DNA from: Candidatus Aenigmatarchaeota archaeon | GTDB lineage: Archaea > Aenigmatarchaeota > Aenigmatarchaeia > JACPZZ01 | Length of the DNA: 31,869 bases | NCBI GenBank assembly: GCA_043806535.1 | Contig: JAZDGV010000100.1 | Span: forward strand, 1 to 31,869 | Direction: 5' to 3' | The notes under the pieces: generated by a model | Told to the model about the DNA's origin: nothing | The model's database searches: none | The model's input: only the letters and a program-made list of their open reading frames with translations | Part shown: positions 1-10,349 of the stretch, piece by piece | Position numbering within the stretch: position 1 is the stretch's first letter | Layout: each line of letters opens with the position of its first letter | Translations under genes and position numbers: made by a program

Positions 1-783
1 AAATCCCAATCAGACTTGAACAAGTTTTTGATGGAAATCAATCTTGAAATCACAAAGTCCAAGCTGAGAAAACCCGAGATTGACAAAATCGCGATGCAGA
101 CCGTCGGCATGATAGACGACCTTGACAAGATACTCAACCTCTTCGTGGAGAGGCTCCGCGAATGGTACGGCATGTATTTCCCGGAAATAAACGACCTCCT
201 GAAGAACCATGAAAGTTTCCTGGATTTTGTCGCGAACAAGACCCGCAGGGACCTTTTTGGAAAAGACGGCGCAAAACTCCGGTTTGAATCCGCGGGCATG
301 GAGTTGTCGGACGAGGATCTTCAGGAAATTAAAGAAACTTCAAAAGACGTCTACGGGCTCTATCAGAGGAGAAAGAATCTGGAAGCATATTTGAAGAGGA
401 CGATGGAGAGCATAGCGCCGAATGCGAGCGCCTTGGCTGGCGCGGACCTCGCGGCGCGTTTAGTGGCGAGAGCCGGAGGCTTGGACAAGCTCGCAAAAAT
501 GCCCTCGTCCACCATACAACTTCTCGGAAGCGAAAAGGCGCTGTTCAGGTTTCTCAAGGGTCAGGGAAAATCCCCGAAGCACGGAATAATATTCTTCCAC
601 CCCTCGATAATCAATTCCCCGATACCGGTGCGAGGAAAAGTCGCAAGGCTTCTGGCTTCAAAAATAGCGATTGCGGCGAGAATTGATTGCTACTCAAAAG
701 ACAACAGGGGCGCAAAGCTGAAGGCGGATTTTGAGACCGCCCTGGGCAAAATCGTTGAAGACTTCAAAAGGTCCAAAAGCTAA
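1..783 (+). CDS. nop5: Nop5/Nop56/58 C/D-box RNP protein (5' end outside the window)
   Basis: Frame is open from base 1. Nop-domain motifs LNLFVERLREWYG, LAKMPSSTIQLLGSEKALF, PKHGIIF and GKVARLLASKIAIAARID. Directly upstream of fibrillarin. Confidence 0.95.
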   Translation, partial: KSQSDLNKFLMEINLEITKSKLRKPEIDKIAMQTVGMIDDLDKILNLFVERLREWYGMYFPEINDLLKNHESFLDFVANKTRRDLFGKDGAKLRFESAGMELSDEDLQEIKETSKDVYGLYQRRKNLEAYLKRTMESIAPNASALAGADLAARLVARAGGLDKLAKMPSSTIQLLGSEKALFRFLKGQGKSPKHGIIFFHPSIINSPIPVRGKVARLLASKIAIAARIDCYSKDNRGAKLKADFETALGKIVEDFKRSKS

Positions 784-792
784 AAGATTGCT

Positions 793-1455
793 ATGATTGA
801 GAAATTTCAAGGCGTTTTTCTGATAGACAAGAAACCCGCGACGCTCAACCTAGTACCTGGAAAAGCGGTTTATGGGGAAAAATTGACCAAGATCGACGGC
901 AGGGAATACAGGGAATGGGTGCCCAATCGCTCAAAGCCGGCTGCCGCAATAATGAAAAACCTCAAGAATTTTCCGGTAAAGAAAGGCTGCAAGATACTCT
1001 ATCTCGGAATCGCGCAGGGAACGACATCTTCTCATTTTTCCGATATAGTGGGTTCAGACGGGGCGATATACGGGGTGGAAATCAGCGAGCGGGCGATAAG
1101 GGAGCTGCTGTCGGTCGCAGAGGAGAGGAAAAACATAATACCGATTCTCGGGGATGCGAGAAAGCCGGAAACGTACGAAAATATGATAACAGACAAGATA
1201 GACGTTGTTTACGAGGATGTCGCCGATTCTGAGCAATGTGAGATATTGATAAGAAACTCCAAAAGATTTCTCAAGCAAGGCGGATTTGCGATGATAGCGA
1301 TAAAATCTAGATGCATCGATGTCACGAAGAAGCCCGAAAGGGTTTTCGAGGAGGCGAAAAAAAAGCTGGCGGAATATTTCGAAATAGTCGAAGCTGTCAG
1401 GTTGGAGCCCTATGAGATGGACCATGAATTCGTGGTCGCAAAGGTGAAGAAATGA
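793..1455 (+). CDS. flpA: Fibrillarin-like rRNA/tRNA 2'-O-methyltransferase
   Basis: VYGEK, YREWVPNRSKPAAAI, ILYLGIAQGTTSSHFSDIVG and GGFAMIAIKSRCID motifs; canonical nop5-flpA pair. Confidence 0.96.
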   Translation: MIEKFQGVFLIDKKPATLNLVPGKAVYGEKLTKIDGREYREWVPNRSKPAAAIMKNLKNFPVKKGCKILYLGIAQGTTSSHFSDIVGSDGAIYGVEISERAIRELLSVAEERKNIIPILGDARKPETYENMITDKIDVVYEDVADSEQCEILIRNSKRFLKQGGFAMIAIKSRCIDVTKKPERVFEEAKKKLAEYFEIVEAVRLEPYEMDHEFVVAKVKK

Positions 1456-2258
1456 AAAAAATCGCGCTGTTGCCATTGGTATTGTTTCTCGCTTTGTCCG
1501 GTTTCGCGGCGGCAAAATACATAACAATCGCCACATCCGTAGAGGAATGCTTCACCGAAACGGGGCAATGCGCAATGAACATAACTGTTGCGAATTACGG
1601 CGACGAGCCGGCGAGCCAGACCAGGATATCGGTCGTTTCGGACATAGTTTCAGGCGACGAAATCTCGCAAAAAATCCTTTATCCAAACGAGCGCATATAC
1701 GGATTGATTAATGTGGACCCGAAGGCTGAGATGATTCCCGGAAAATATCCAGTTTTTGTGATGGTCGAATATGAAGACGCCAACTCGTATCCGTTCACCG
1801 CAATCTCTCCCGCGTTTTTTGTTTACAAAACCCAGACGTCTTCAAAAGTCAAGGGCGTCGCCTCCGAAATAACCATCTCCGAGAAAGAGTCTGGAAAAAT
1901 AAGCGTGAGGCTGATGAATTATGACGATGCGCCGCACAACGTTTCGATAGGGCTTATGCTTTCAAGAGAGTTGAAGTTCGAGCGCGGCAAAAAAACGGTT
2001 GTGATGGAAGCGAACGGCGACGGGACAGTCGAATTTGACGTTGCCCATTTCTCCGCGCTGGCAGGAAGCGCATATCCTGCGTTCGTGAGCATCGAATACG
2101 ATAGCGGAGGGCTTCATTACGTATACTTTGTCAGGGGGCTGGTAAAAATATCAAAGAGCGAGGGAATTTTCTCAAACCAGGCGATTGGCGTTATTATTGC
2201 GCTGCTTGCAGCGGCTGTTGCTTACAATCTGTATTTCAAGAGGGGGAAAAGTGCATAA
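1452..2258 (+). CDS. Secreted, C-terminally membrane-anchored protein with probable Ig-like (CARDB/NEW3-like) domains
   Basis: N-terminal signal peptide, beta-rich body, C-terminal hydrophobic helix followed by KRGK; ATG overlaps the flpA stop. Confidence 0.7.
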   Translation: MKKIALLPLVLFLALSGFAAAKYITIATSVEECFTETGQCAMNITVANYGDEPASQTRISVVSDIVSGDEISQKILYPNERIYGLINVDPKAEMIPGKYPVFVMVEYEDANSYPFTAISPAFFVYKTQTSSKVKGVASEITISEKESGKISVRLMNYDDAPHNVSIGLMLSRELKFERGKKTVVMEANGDGTVEFDVAHFSALAGSAYPAFVSIEYDSGGLHYVYFVRGLVKISKSEGIFSNQAIGVIIALLAAAVAYNLYFKRGKSA

Positions 2259-4320
2259 AAAGAATTTGAAATTCGGCGTCAGCGAGAATATGGTGAATTG
2301 CATCGCGATGCTGCTGATTTGGCTGTTCATTCTGCAGTTTTTCAAACCCGATTTGATTCTCTCCGACACGACTGTGAGCGGCGGAGATACAGGCTCGCAC
2401 AACTACCTTGTCAACTATATGAAAAACTACCTCATCCCTCACGGAAAGGTGATTGGCTGGAGCCCGGATTGGTACGCGGGTTTTCCGATATTCCAATTCT
2501 ATTTTTTCCTGCCTTATCTTATGGCGGCGCTGCTCTCATTCGCAATGCCGCTGAACATCGCCTTCAAGATAATCACGGTTCTTGGGACATTCCTCCTGCC
2601 GGCAGCGGCATTTCTTTGTATGAAAGCAATGCGCTTCAAGTTCCCGGTTCCGATACTGGCAGCCGCATTCACCCTGCCGTTTCTTTTCATGGAGGCAAAT
2701 TCCATGTGGGGAGGGAACATACCGAGCACCCTTGCCGGAGAATTTTCATACAGTCTCAGCATGGCCGTTATGGTGGTTTTCATAGGATTCGTTTACAGGG
2801 GAGTAGAGACAAAGAAGTATATTCACATCAATTCTGTCCTTTTCCTCCTTGTAGGTCTTACGCATATATACACTACGATTGCCGCTGCCGTTTCATCGTT
2901 GTTCTTTTTAATCGAAGGCGATAGAAAAAGGATTTTGAAAAACGTGAAATACCTCTCAAAAGTCTACATCCTCGCATTTCTTCTCCTCGGTCTCTGGATG
3001 GTGCCGGTGCTTTTCAATCTTGGTTACAGGACAAAATTTGATTACTCATGGGGAATTAGCGGAATCAAGGAAGTTCTCCCCGACATACTTATTCCGTTTC
3101 TCTTGCTGTCGCTCTTCGGGGTTTATAAGGCGGTCAAGAACCGTGAAAGGGGGATAATTTACATTCTTTTCCTGTGCATCGCTTCCCTCCTGCTGTATAC
3201 GACGGCTGTGTTTGCGGGGCTGACTGACATAAGATTCATCCCATTCGTACAGTTTTTTCCTATGCTCATAGCCGCATACGGCTTCGACGAACTGACAAAA
3301 AGAATCGGGATGAAAAAAATCCTGGTCTTTATAGCGCTTTTTTCCGTGCTTTTCTGGGTCAACATTCACGTGACTTTCATAGAATCGTGGATAAAGTGGA
3401 ACTACGAGGGGTTTGAGCCAAAAGCCGCATGGGGGCAGTTCAAGGGCATCAACGACTATCTTGCGTCGCTTCCGTATGGAAGAGTTGTCCATGAGTTTTC
3501 GAGCAGCCATAACAAATTCGGCACGCCAAGGGCGTTCGAAGACATCCCGTTGTTCTCAGGCAAGCCCGTGCTTGAAGGGTTGAACATAGAATCTGCCGTG
3601 ACCTCCCCCTTTGTGTTCTGGATACAATCTGAGATATCGGAAACTCCCACGTGCCCCCTTCCAAGAATGAGATGTTCCTTTTTTGATGTAAAAAACGCGA
3701 CAGCGCACCTGAAACTTTTCAACGTAAAATACATTGTCGCGACATCGGAAAAGCTGAAGAGACGGCTTGTGAACAACACCGATTTCGTTTTTTTGAAAGC
3801 GTTTGAGGAGATAGAGGTATACGAGCTGAATTACGCACAAAGTTACGTCGAAGCCCTCAAGTACTGGCCGGTATCCCATACGATGGAAGGTTGGAAAGAA
3901 CTTTCCTTGGAATGGTTCAAGAATGCGGACGGATTGGAAGTTCCGATTGTCTTTGTCGGCAGCGAGGATGAAAAATCCAGATTCGATTCGTCGTACGCTC
4001 CGGGAACGCCGGTAGAGAACAATTGCAGCATTCAGGAAAAGATATCGAATGAGGAAATACGCATCGCGACAAATTGCATAGGAAAACCACTGTTGGTGAA
4101 AGTCCCGTATTTTCCGAGCTGGAAAGTGGAGGGCGCGGAAAAAACGTATCTTGCATCTCCGGCTTTCATGATAGTGGTGCCAAATGAAGAAAACGTCAGG
4201 ATTTTTTACGGCGACAGCTATTACGACATCCTTGGAAAAGCCCTGACGGCGTTGGGGATTGCAACTGTCATATTGTACTGGAAGTCGAAAAAAGCCTCAA
4301 GGTTCTTGGACGGATTGTGA
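2251..4320 (+). CDS. Multi-pass membrane protein, 6-pyruvoyl-tetrahydropterin synthase-related / GT-C-like glycosyltransferase family
   Basis: GGDTGSH, WSPDWYAGFPIFQFY and WGGNIPSTLAGEFSY motifs, about 10 TM segments and a C-terminal soluble domain. Start reassigned to GTG 2251 (ORF track gives 2185, overlapping the upstream gene). Confidence 0.75.
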   Translation: MHKKNLKFGVSENMVNCIAMLLIWLFILQFFKPDLILSDTTVSGGDTGSHNYLVNYMKNYLIPHGKVIGWSPDWYAGFPIFQFYFFLPYLMAALLSFAMPLNIAFKIITVLGTFLLPAAAFLCMKAMRFKFPVPILAAAFTLPFLFMEANSMWGGNIPSTLAGEFSYSLSMAVMVVFIGFVYRGVETKKYIHINSVLFLLVGLTHIYTTIAAAVSSLFFLIEGDRKRILKNVKYLSKVYILAFLLLGLWMVPVLFNLGYRTKFDYSWGISGIKEVLPDILIPFLLLSLFGVYKAVKNRERGIIYILFLCIASLLLYTTAVFAGLTDIRFIPFVQFFPMLIAAYGFDELTKRIGMKKILVFIALFSVLFWVNIHVTFIESWIKWNYEGFEPKAAWGQFKGINDYLASLPYGRVVHEFSSSHNKFGTPRAFEDIPLFSGKPVLEGLNIESAVTSPFVFWIQSEISETPTCPLPRMRCSFFDVKNATAHLKLFNVKYIVATSEKLKRRLVNNTDFVFLKAFEEIEVYELNYAQSYVEALKYWPVSHTMEGWKELSLEWFKNADGLEVPIVFVGSEDEKSRFDSSYAPGTPVENNCSIQEKISNEEIRIATNCIGKPLLVKVPYFPSWKVEGAEKTYLASPAFMIVVPNEENVRIFYGDSYYDILGKALTALGIATVILYWKSKKASRFLDGL

Positions 4321-5013
4321 TTATTTCCTTGCCCGGAGCCTAATCATGTTTAGGAACATCCCGGGTATGTGCCCGAAAGTGAAGGATGACCTTTTAACAG
4401 CCTTTGGATGCATGTAGACTTCCTTTATGCTGAAACCGTTCCTTTTGATTTTCTGAAGCAGCTCGACGTCAAACTCAAACCCCTTGCTTTTGAATTTTTT
4501 TCCTATTTTTTTCAGGACGTCCCTTTTCATGATTTTGAGACCCGCCTGCGTATCGGAAAAATCCAGCCCAAGAAGCGTCCTTGCCATGAGATTCCATGCC
4601 CTTCCGAAGAGTTTTCTCAAGAAGCTTCCGCGAACGTTGAAAAAATTCCGCCCTTTCCATTTAGACGCGATTATGCAATCATAATTCCCCATTTGCCGGA
4701 AAATGCTTGAAATTGATTCCGGAGAGAAAGCTCCGTCGGCGTCAACGAAACCGATGCGATCCCCTCTCGCCCTCCTAAATCCCTCTGCGATGGCCGCGCC
4801 CTTTCCCATCCGCCCGTTAAACGCGATTACAACCGCCTTTCCCCTGACTTTTTTTGCCTCGTCAAATGTCCTGTCAGTGCATCCGTCACAAACAACTATC
4901 ACTTCGCTTCCCCTGATTTTTCCCAGAATTCCGGAGACCGTTTTTTGTATGCTCTTCTCTTCGTTGTGCGCGGGGACAATCATGGACAGTTTCGGGACGC
5001 TCATAAACACCAT
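4321..5013 (-). CDS. Glycosyltransferase family 2 (DPM1-like polyprenol-phosphate glycosyltransferase)
   Basis: IVPAHNEE, VCDGCTDRT, GKGAAIAEG, FVDADG, DTQAGLK and FEFDVELL motifs. Confidence 0.9.
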   Translation of the reverse strand: MVFMSVPKLSMIVPAHNEEKSIQKTVSGILGKIRGSEVIVVCDGCTDRTFDEAKKVRGKAVVIAFNGRMGKGAAIAEGFRRARGDRIGFVDADGAFSPESISSIFRQMGNYDCIIASKWKGRNFFNVRGSFLRKLFGRAWNLMARTLLGLDFSDTQAGLKIMKRDVLKKIGKKFKSKGFEFDVELLQKIKRNGFSIKEVYMHPKAVKRSSFTFGHIPGMFLNMIRLRARK

Positions 5014-5066
5014 TAAAATGCTTTCAAACTTTCTGTTCTAAATACTTATCGTTTTGTTCCGTGGCT

Positions 5067-6422
5067 TTATGACGTGTAACCGAGAAAAAGCCTCAACTGC
5101 CGGAATAGCAGACCGTAATTCCCTTCCATCAGGCGGGAAAAAACATACGACGGCCTGAAATAATATTTTCTATACGCGTTTTTAATGAATTTGTCCAGCT
5201 CTTCCGCAGAATAAATTCCGGTGTATGCCGAGGGGAACAAATCCCCAATTTCACCTTCGACCATCTTATAAAGCCCAGTTTCAGGATATGGAATTGCTAT
5301 GTGGAATGACGCGTAAGTTGGATTCAGTTTTATGGCGAATTTGACGGTTTTTTCCATATCCTCGGATGTTTCCGTCGGAAATCCCAGAATGAAGAAGCAC
5401 GCGGTAGAAATTCCGGCGTCCTTTGTCAGCTTCATGCCGTTTTCAATCTGTTCGAACGTGATGTTTTTGTTTATCATTTTCATTATTTTTTCAGACCCCG
5501 TCTCAACCCCGTAATGCATCAACACGCATCCCGCCTGCTTCATTCTTACCAACAGATCCGTGTCTATCGTGTCAAATCTTCCTTGGCAGCACCACTTGAA
5601 ATCATATTTTTTTTCTATCAAGAAGTCGCAAAGGTCGGCGACAAGCTTCTTGTTGATTGTGAATTCCAAATCGATGAAGTATGCCGTTTTTATCCCGAAT
5701 TTCTCGATTGCAAGCCTAACTTCGTCTATGAGCTTTTTTGAAGATTTTTTTCTGTAAGAACCGTATGTTTTCTTGAGGCAAAATACGCAGTTGAACGGGC
5801 AGCCGCGAGAACCCTCAAAAAGCATAAAGTTTTTTCCGAGCATGTCGTAAAAATATTTCTCCAGCGGCAGCAAGTGGTACGCAGGCGTTGGCAAAGCGTC
5901 GAGGTCAAAAGGCTTCCTGTCCGGGGTTGAGATTGTTTTTTTGCCCGCCTTAAAGGTTATGCCGCCGATTTTTTTCAGGTCTTTGCTGTTGCAAATTTCA
6001 AGGACAACCTGCTCCGGTTCGCCCCTTATAACGCATTTCGCTTTGGTCATTTCAAGAATTTCGTTCGGCCTTATTGTCCCATGCGTGCCCATCACAAAAA
6101 TCTCCGCGTCTGGGTTGTTCTCTCCGACTTTGCGCACGACGTCCAAGAACGGGTTGATGCTAGGGTGCGGGCATTGCCATCTGTCGAGGGGCGATGACGT
6201 GATGAATATTTTTTCGTAGCCAGACGCCGCTTTTGAGACCTGGTCTGCGTCAAGCCGCTCCGCATTGGCGTCCAAGATTTTAACTTCAAAACCGCTTTTT
6301 TCGAGCATCGCGGCGCAATTGGCCAGACAAATCGGGGGCCATATTTTGTTGTAATACAAGAATTTTTCCTTTTTTACGAGCGGATAGTCGTATGAAGGAT
6401 TGACCAACAAGACTCTCGACAT
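5067..6422 (-). CDS. Cobalamin-binding radical SAM protein (class B methyltransferase-like)
   Basis: N-terminal B12-binding-like domain (PPICLANCAAML...ILDANAE); CxxxCxxC motif RGCPFNCVFC; YGVETGS and FFILGFPTET motifs. Confidence 0.88.
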   Translation of the reverse strand: MSRVLLVNPSYDYPLVKKEKFLYYNKIWPPICLANCAAMLEKSGFEVKILDANAERLDADQVSKAASGYEKIFITSSPLDRWQCPHPSINPFLDVVRKVGENNPDAEIFVMGTHGTIRPNEILEMTKAKCVIRGEPEQVVLEICNSKDLKKIGGITFKAGKKTISTPDRKPFDLDALPTPAYHLLPLEKYFYDMLGKNFMLFEGSRGCPFNCVFCLKKTYGSYRKKSSKKLIDEVRLAIEKFGIKTAYFIDLEFTINKKLVADLCDFLIEKKYDFKWCCQGRFDTIDTDLLVRMKQAGCVLMHYGVETGSEKIMKMINKNITFEQIENGMKLTKDAGISTACFFILGFPTETSEDMEKTVKFAIKLNPTYASFHIAIPYPETGLYKMVEGEIGDLFPSAYTGIYSAEELDKFIKNAYRKYYFRPSYVFSRLMEGNYGLLFRQLRLFLGYTS

Positions 6423-6423
6423 T

Positions 6424-7524
6424 TCAGGGCCTCGAATACCTCACAATATTCGCTTTGAACGCGTCCCATTCCTTCTTGTCGACCAAGACGCCCGCTGCCT
6501 GCGGATGCCCGCCCCCAACAGACCGCCGCAGACCAATGAGGCTCATTTTGACAATCTTTGAAAGGTCGGCAGTCTTCTGGTTTCTCAGGCTGCAGGCTAT
6601 TTTGTCCCCGGCGTCGCGGCAGACCATTATCGACATTCTCGGGTATTTCTCCGAGATTTTTGACGCGACTATTGACTCGATTTTGTACGGCGTCTGGATT
6701 TTGTATATGGCAATTTTTCCCCCGGAATGCAATTCCGATTTTTTCTCGAAACCGTCTGTGGCATTGTCTATGTCCTGTTGCGTTATCCGATACCACTCTT
6801 CCAACGTCTTTGATGCCACAAATTTTTCAATGCTCAGGGAATTGTTAAGAATGTTTCTTGACGTCTCTATCCCGTCCCCGCTGACGCTGTCTATTGCGCG
6901 GGCCGCCATTATGATTTCCGACGCGTGCCCGAATTTCGTCTGTTCCAGTATTTTCTGGGTCTCGCCGAAATTGCCGTTGGCTCTCGTAAAGGCTTTCACA
7001 AAATCCTGGCATGTGTCAACGGCGTGGTCGCCTATGACCCCTATCATCGCCATCCACGAGAAATCCGAGACGTCGAAGATTTTTTCCCCGATTTTGTACA
7101 CAACATAGGACGCGGGAAAATAATAGGAATTATTCGCGAATCTCGGGTTTATGTGGGCTATGTCAATCATGTTCAAATCGTTCGACGGGGGGTGGTGGTC
7201 TATGACTATCGTCGAGCATCCTATTTTCTGCTTCAATATTATCAGCTGATTTGGATCTTGGTCAACAGCCATGTCGGTGAATATCAGGTAATTTGGGTTG
7301 ATTTTGATTATTTTCTGCATCAGCTCGAACGTGACAGCAGGCGTTGACGGATCGCAGGCTATTGTTGTTATTGATTTTTTTCCGAGTTTTTTCAGCATTT
7401 TTTCCAGAATCACGGACGAGCAGACTCCGTCAGAGTCCCTGTGATAAACTATGAGAACCGATTTGAGGCTGTTCATAGCCTTTATCCAATCCGCGCCCTT
7501 CTTGTATATGTCTTCCGCGTTCAT
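6424..7524 (-). CDS. DHH/DHHA1 family phosphoesterase (RecJ/NrnA-like)
   Basis: YHRDSDG, FTDMA, IDHH and GGGHPQAAG motifs; start overlaps the ileS stop. Confidence 0.88.
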   Translation of the reverse strand: MNAEDIYKKGADWIKAMNSLKSVLIVYHRDSDGVCSSVILEKMLKKLGKKSITTIACDPSTPAVTFELMQKIIKINPNYLIFTDMAVDQDPNQLIILKQKIGCSTIVIDHHPPSNDLNMIDIAHINPRFANNSYYFPASYVVYKIGEKIFDVSDFSWMAMIGVIGDHAVDTCQDFVKAFTRANGNFGETQKILEQTKFGHASEIIMAARAIDSVSGDGIETSRNILNNSLSIEKFVASKTLEEWYRITQQDIDNATDGFEKKSELHSGGKIAIYKIQTPYKIESIVASKISEKYPRMSIMVCRDAGDKIACSLRNQKTADLSKIVKMSLIGLRRSVGGGHPQAAGVLVDKKEWDAFKANIVRYSRP

Positions 7525-10349
7525 TCAACCACGAACCCTATCGTTATTTTTTTGCCTTCAAAATCTAAAAAGTCCTTTTGTTCCTTGCCCGATATCTCAA
7601 TGTTCGTTGCACCAACTTCGGATTTCAGGTATTCCGACCATTTTCTTATTGACTTATTTGTTCCTTCGTCCGAATTGAGATAAAGTCTTATTTTGTCGGC
7701 TATGTTGAGTTTGCTCTGCTTCCTAAGGTTCTGCACAGCGCGGACAAGTTCTCGTATCATGCTCTCCTCCATCAGCTCCGGTGTCATCTCTGCATCAACA
7801 TAGATTTTTACATCTTTAACTTCCCTGCAAATAAGCTTGCCGTCCTTTGGCGGTTTTCCTATGACAACACCTTTCACGTTGCAGATGCATTTGATTATCT
7901 CTGAAAAATCCTTCATCCTCTTGTGCGTTATTACAACTTTCTTCAGCGGCCAGCGAAGTTTAACGCCTGCCTCTTGCCTTGCGGAATTTACAGCCTCTGC
8001 CACTTCCTTGGCAAGCAGCATGTTTTCTTCAAGCTTCGAATCTATCGTGCCCTTCTCTGGCGCAGGCCAGTCAAGAAGATGTACGGATTGTCTTGAAAAA
8101 GAGCGTCCAATCTCCTCTGCCATGAACGGGCAAATTGGGGCTATGATTTTGATGAGTTTCTCAAAAACATAATTCATCGCGTAACAGGCGGCTTGCTTGT
8201 CATCGCCTTGGTAAGAGGGCCACGTCCTGTCCCTTATCAGTTTGATGTAGAACCTGCTCAAATCGTTCAGAATAAAATCTTCTATCAGCGCTGCCGACAC
8301 ATGACACATGTATTTTTCGTTGTTTTCTTTGGTTTTTTTCGCAAGGGAATTTATCCTTGAAATTATCCATTTGTCCTCTATGTTCATTTTCTTCGGCTTT
8401 TTTGTCTTTGGGCAATATGACTGCAGGAATACGAAGCTGTTCCAGAGTATGTTCAGCGTTCTGGATGCGTCTTTCAAATCCTCCATGCTGAATGTCATGT
8501 CGTCCCATGGACTCATGCTTAGAATATACAGCCTCAGCGGGTCGCGGCCGAACTTTTCAATCACTTCCTCGGGCGTTACCACGTTTCCTTTGGACTTGCT
8601 CATCTTCGCCCCGCGCAAATCCAGCACTTTCCCGTGGAATAAAATGTTTTTGAAAGGTTTTTTTCCGAAGGTTATCATGCTTGTTATTATTTCCGAATTC
8701 CACCATCCTCTTATCTGGTCCGGACCCTCGATGTTCAAATCCGCAGGCCACATCCTCTTGAAGAGTTTCTTGTCGCCGGGGAATCCCAGCGATGCCCATG
8801 AGGCTACGCCCGAATCGAACCACACATCCAACACGTCGGGCACTCTTCGCATCTTGAACCCGCATTTGCAGTCCAAAATTACATCATCGATGAAAGGCCG
8901 GTGCAAATCGGCTGGCGCCTTCTTTAACTCTTTTCTGGAACCTACTACAGCAACTTTTCCGCACTTTTCACAGATCCATATGGGCAATGGTATTCCCCAA
9001 TATCTCTGCCGCGATATCGGCCAATCGCCCAGCGTTTCGAGCCAGTTCGCAAATTTATCTCCGGCCCACTTCGGAATCCAATTGACAGAGGCGTTCTCCT
9101 TGAGCAGTTTTTCCCTTATGCCGCTGACGCGGAAGAACCATTGCGGGACCGATATCATAAGCAGCGCGGAGTCGCATCTCCAGCATTTCGGATACTCATG
9201 CTCGATTGTTTCCTTGAAAAGGAGCGCGTTTTTTTCCTCAAGCTTGGATATTATCGTTTGGTCGGCTTTCTTGACAAAAACGCCTTTCAACTCTCCAACA
9301 TCTTCGGTAAACACTCCGTTCATGCCCACGGGCGACAAAACGGCAAGGCCATTCGCTTTTCCGACTTTGTAGTCTTCCGCGCCATGGCCCGGTGCGCTAT
9401 GGACGAGCCCTGTTCCCTCGTTCAGCGTCACGTATTGGGCGGACAGGACGACTTTGCCAATAACATCTTTCTGCGTCTTGAAAAAGTCCTTAAGCGGATT
9501 TTTGTATTTCAAACCTTCAAGGCGTTTTCCGTTGAAAGTTTCCACGATCTGATAATCCTTTCCCGCTTTGGCCATCACAGGAGCGACAAGGTCTTTCGCC
9601 ATTATCAGCGTTTCGCCGTCCACGCGCACCTTGGAATATTCAACGCTAGGATTTGCCATTATTCCGGTGTTAGCTGGGAGAGTCCAAGGAGTTGTGGTCC
9701 ATATCAAAAAGAATTCTTTGCCCCCGCTTTCGAGCGGAAACTTCACAAAGATTGACGGGTCTACGAGTTTAACATGCTCAATCTCGTTGTACGCGACAGC
9801 CGTCTCGCAGTGCGGACAAACGTGAACAGGGTAATTGTCCCTGTAAAGAAGATTTTTCTCAAAACCCGTTTTGAACGTGTACCAGGCGCCTTCAATATAT
9901 TCGTTCGAGAGCGTGAGATAAGGATTTTTCCAATCCATCCAAACGCCCAGGTTCTCGAACTGGCCGTTCATGACATCGATGAACTCAGTGGCAAAGCGTT
10001 TGCACTCGGCGTTAAACGCTTTTATTCCGAATTTTTCTATGTCCTTCTTGCTCTTGAATCCTAGCTTCTTCTCCACCTTGTTCTCTATGGGCAACCCATG
10101 CGTGTCATAACCCGGCTGCTTCCACACGTCGAATCCTGATGCCGTGAAGAACCTTATGTAAAAATCCTTGATTATTTTGTTCATGGCCGTTCCCATGTGT
10201 ATGGAACCTGTCGCATAAGGAGGACCGTCGAGAAAATAGAATTTCTTCTTCCCGTTCCTGTGCGCCAGATATTTCTCTGCCGTCCCTTTCTCGGACCACA
10301 GCTTGAATATGCCGCTTTCAAGCTCCTTTGGGTTGTAGATTTTTTTCAC
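7521..10349 (-). CDS. ileS: Isoleucine--tRNA ligase
   Basis: DGPPYATGSIHMG (HIGH-like), WTTTPWTLPAN, GTGLVHSAPGHG, ISRQRYWGIP and KMSKS motifs. Confidence 0.98.
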   Translation of the reverse strand: MKKIYNPKELESGIFKLWSEKGTAEKYLAHRNGKKKFYFLDGPPYATGSIHMGTAMNKIIKDFYIRFFTASGFDVWKQPGYDTHGLPIENKVEKKLGFKSKKDIEKFGIKAFNAECKRFATEFIDVMNGQFENLGVWMDWKNPYLTLSNEYIEGAWYTFKTGFEKNLLYRDNYPVHVCPHCETAVAYNEIEHVKLVDPSIFVKFPLESGGKEFFLIWTTTPWTLPANTGIMANPSVEYSKVRVDGETLIMAKDLVAPVMAKAGKDYQIVETFNGKRLEGLKYKNPLKDFFKTQKDVIGKVVLSAQYVTLNEGTGLVHSAPGHGAEDYKVGKANGLAVLSPVGMNGVFTEDVGELKGVFVKKADQTIISKLEEKNALLFKETIEHEYPKCWRCDSALLMISVPQWFFRVSGIREKLLKENASVNWIPKWAGDKFANWLETLGDWPISRQRYWGIPLPIWICEKCGKVAVVGSRKELKKAPADLHRPFIDDVILDCKCGFKMRRVPDVLDVWFDSGVASWASLGFPGDKKLFKRMWPADLNIEGPDQIRGWWNSEIITSMITFGKKPFKNILFHGKVLDLRGAKMSKSKGNVVTPEEVIEKFGRDPLRLYILSMSPWDDMTFSMEDLKDASRTLNILWNSFVFLQSYCPKTKKPKKMNIEDKWIISRINSLAKKTKENNEKYMCHVSAALIEDFILNDLSRFYIKLIRDRTWPSYQGDDKQAACYAMNYVFEKLIKIIAPICPFMAEEIGRSFSRQSVHLLDWPAPEKGTIDSKLEENMLLAKEVAEAVNSARQEAGVKLRWPLKKVVITHKRMKDFSEIIKCICNVKGVVIGKPPKDGKLICREVKDVKIYVDAEMTPELMEESMIRELVRAVQNLRKQSKLNIADKIRLYLNSDEGTNKSIRKWSEYLKSEVGATNIEISGKEQKDFLDFEGKKITIGFVVE

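Noticed and set aside
1-783. Unusually short Nop5 lacking its N-terminal domain
   Set aside because: The reading frame is open to base 1, so the truncation is a window-edge effect.
8308-9755. Long antisense ORFs (for example 8308-9372, 9141-9755, 6455-7108)
   Set aside because: Shadow frames of strongly conserved genes (ileS, DHH) with no recognisable motifs.
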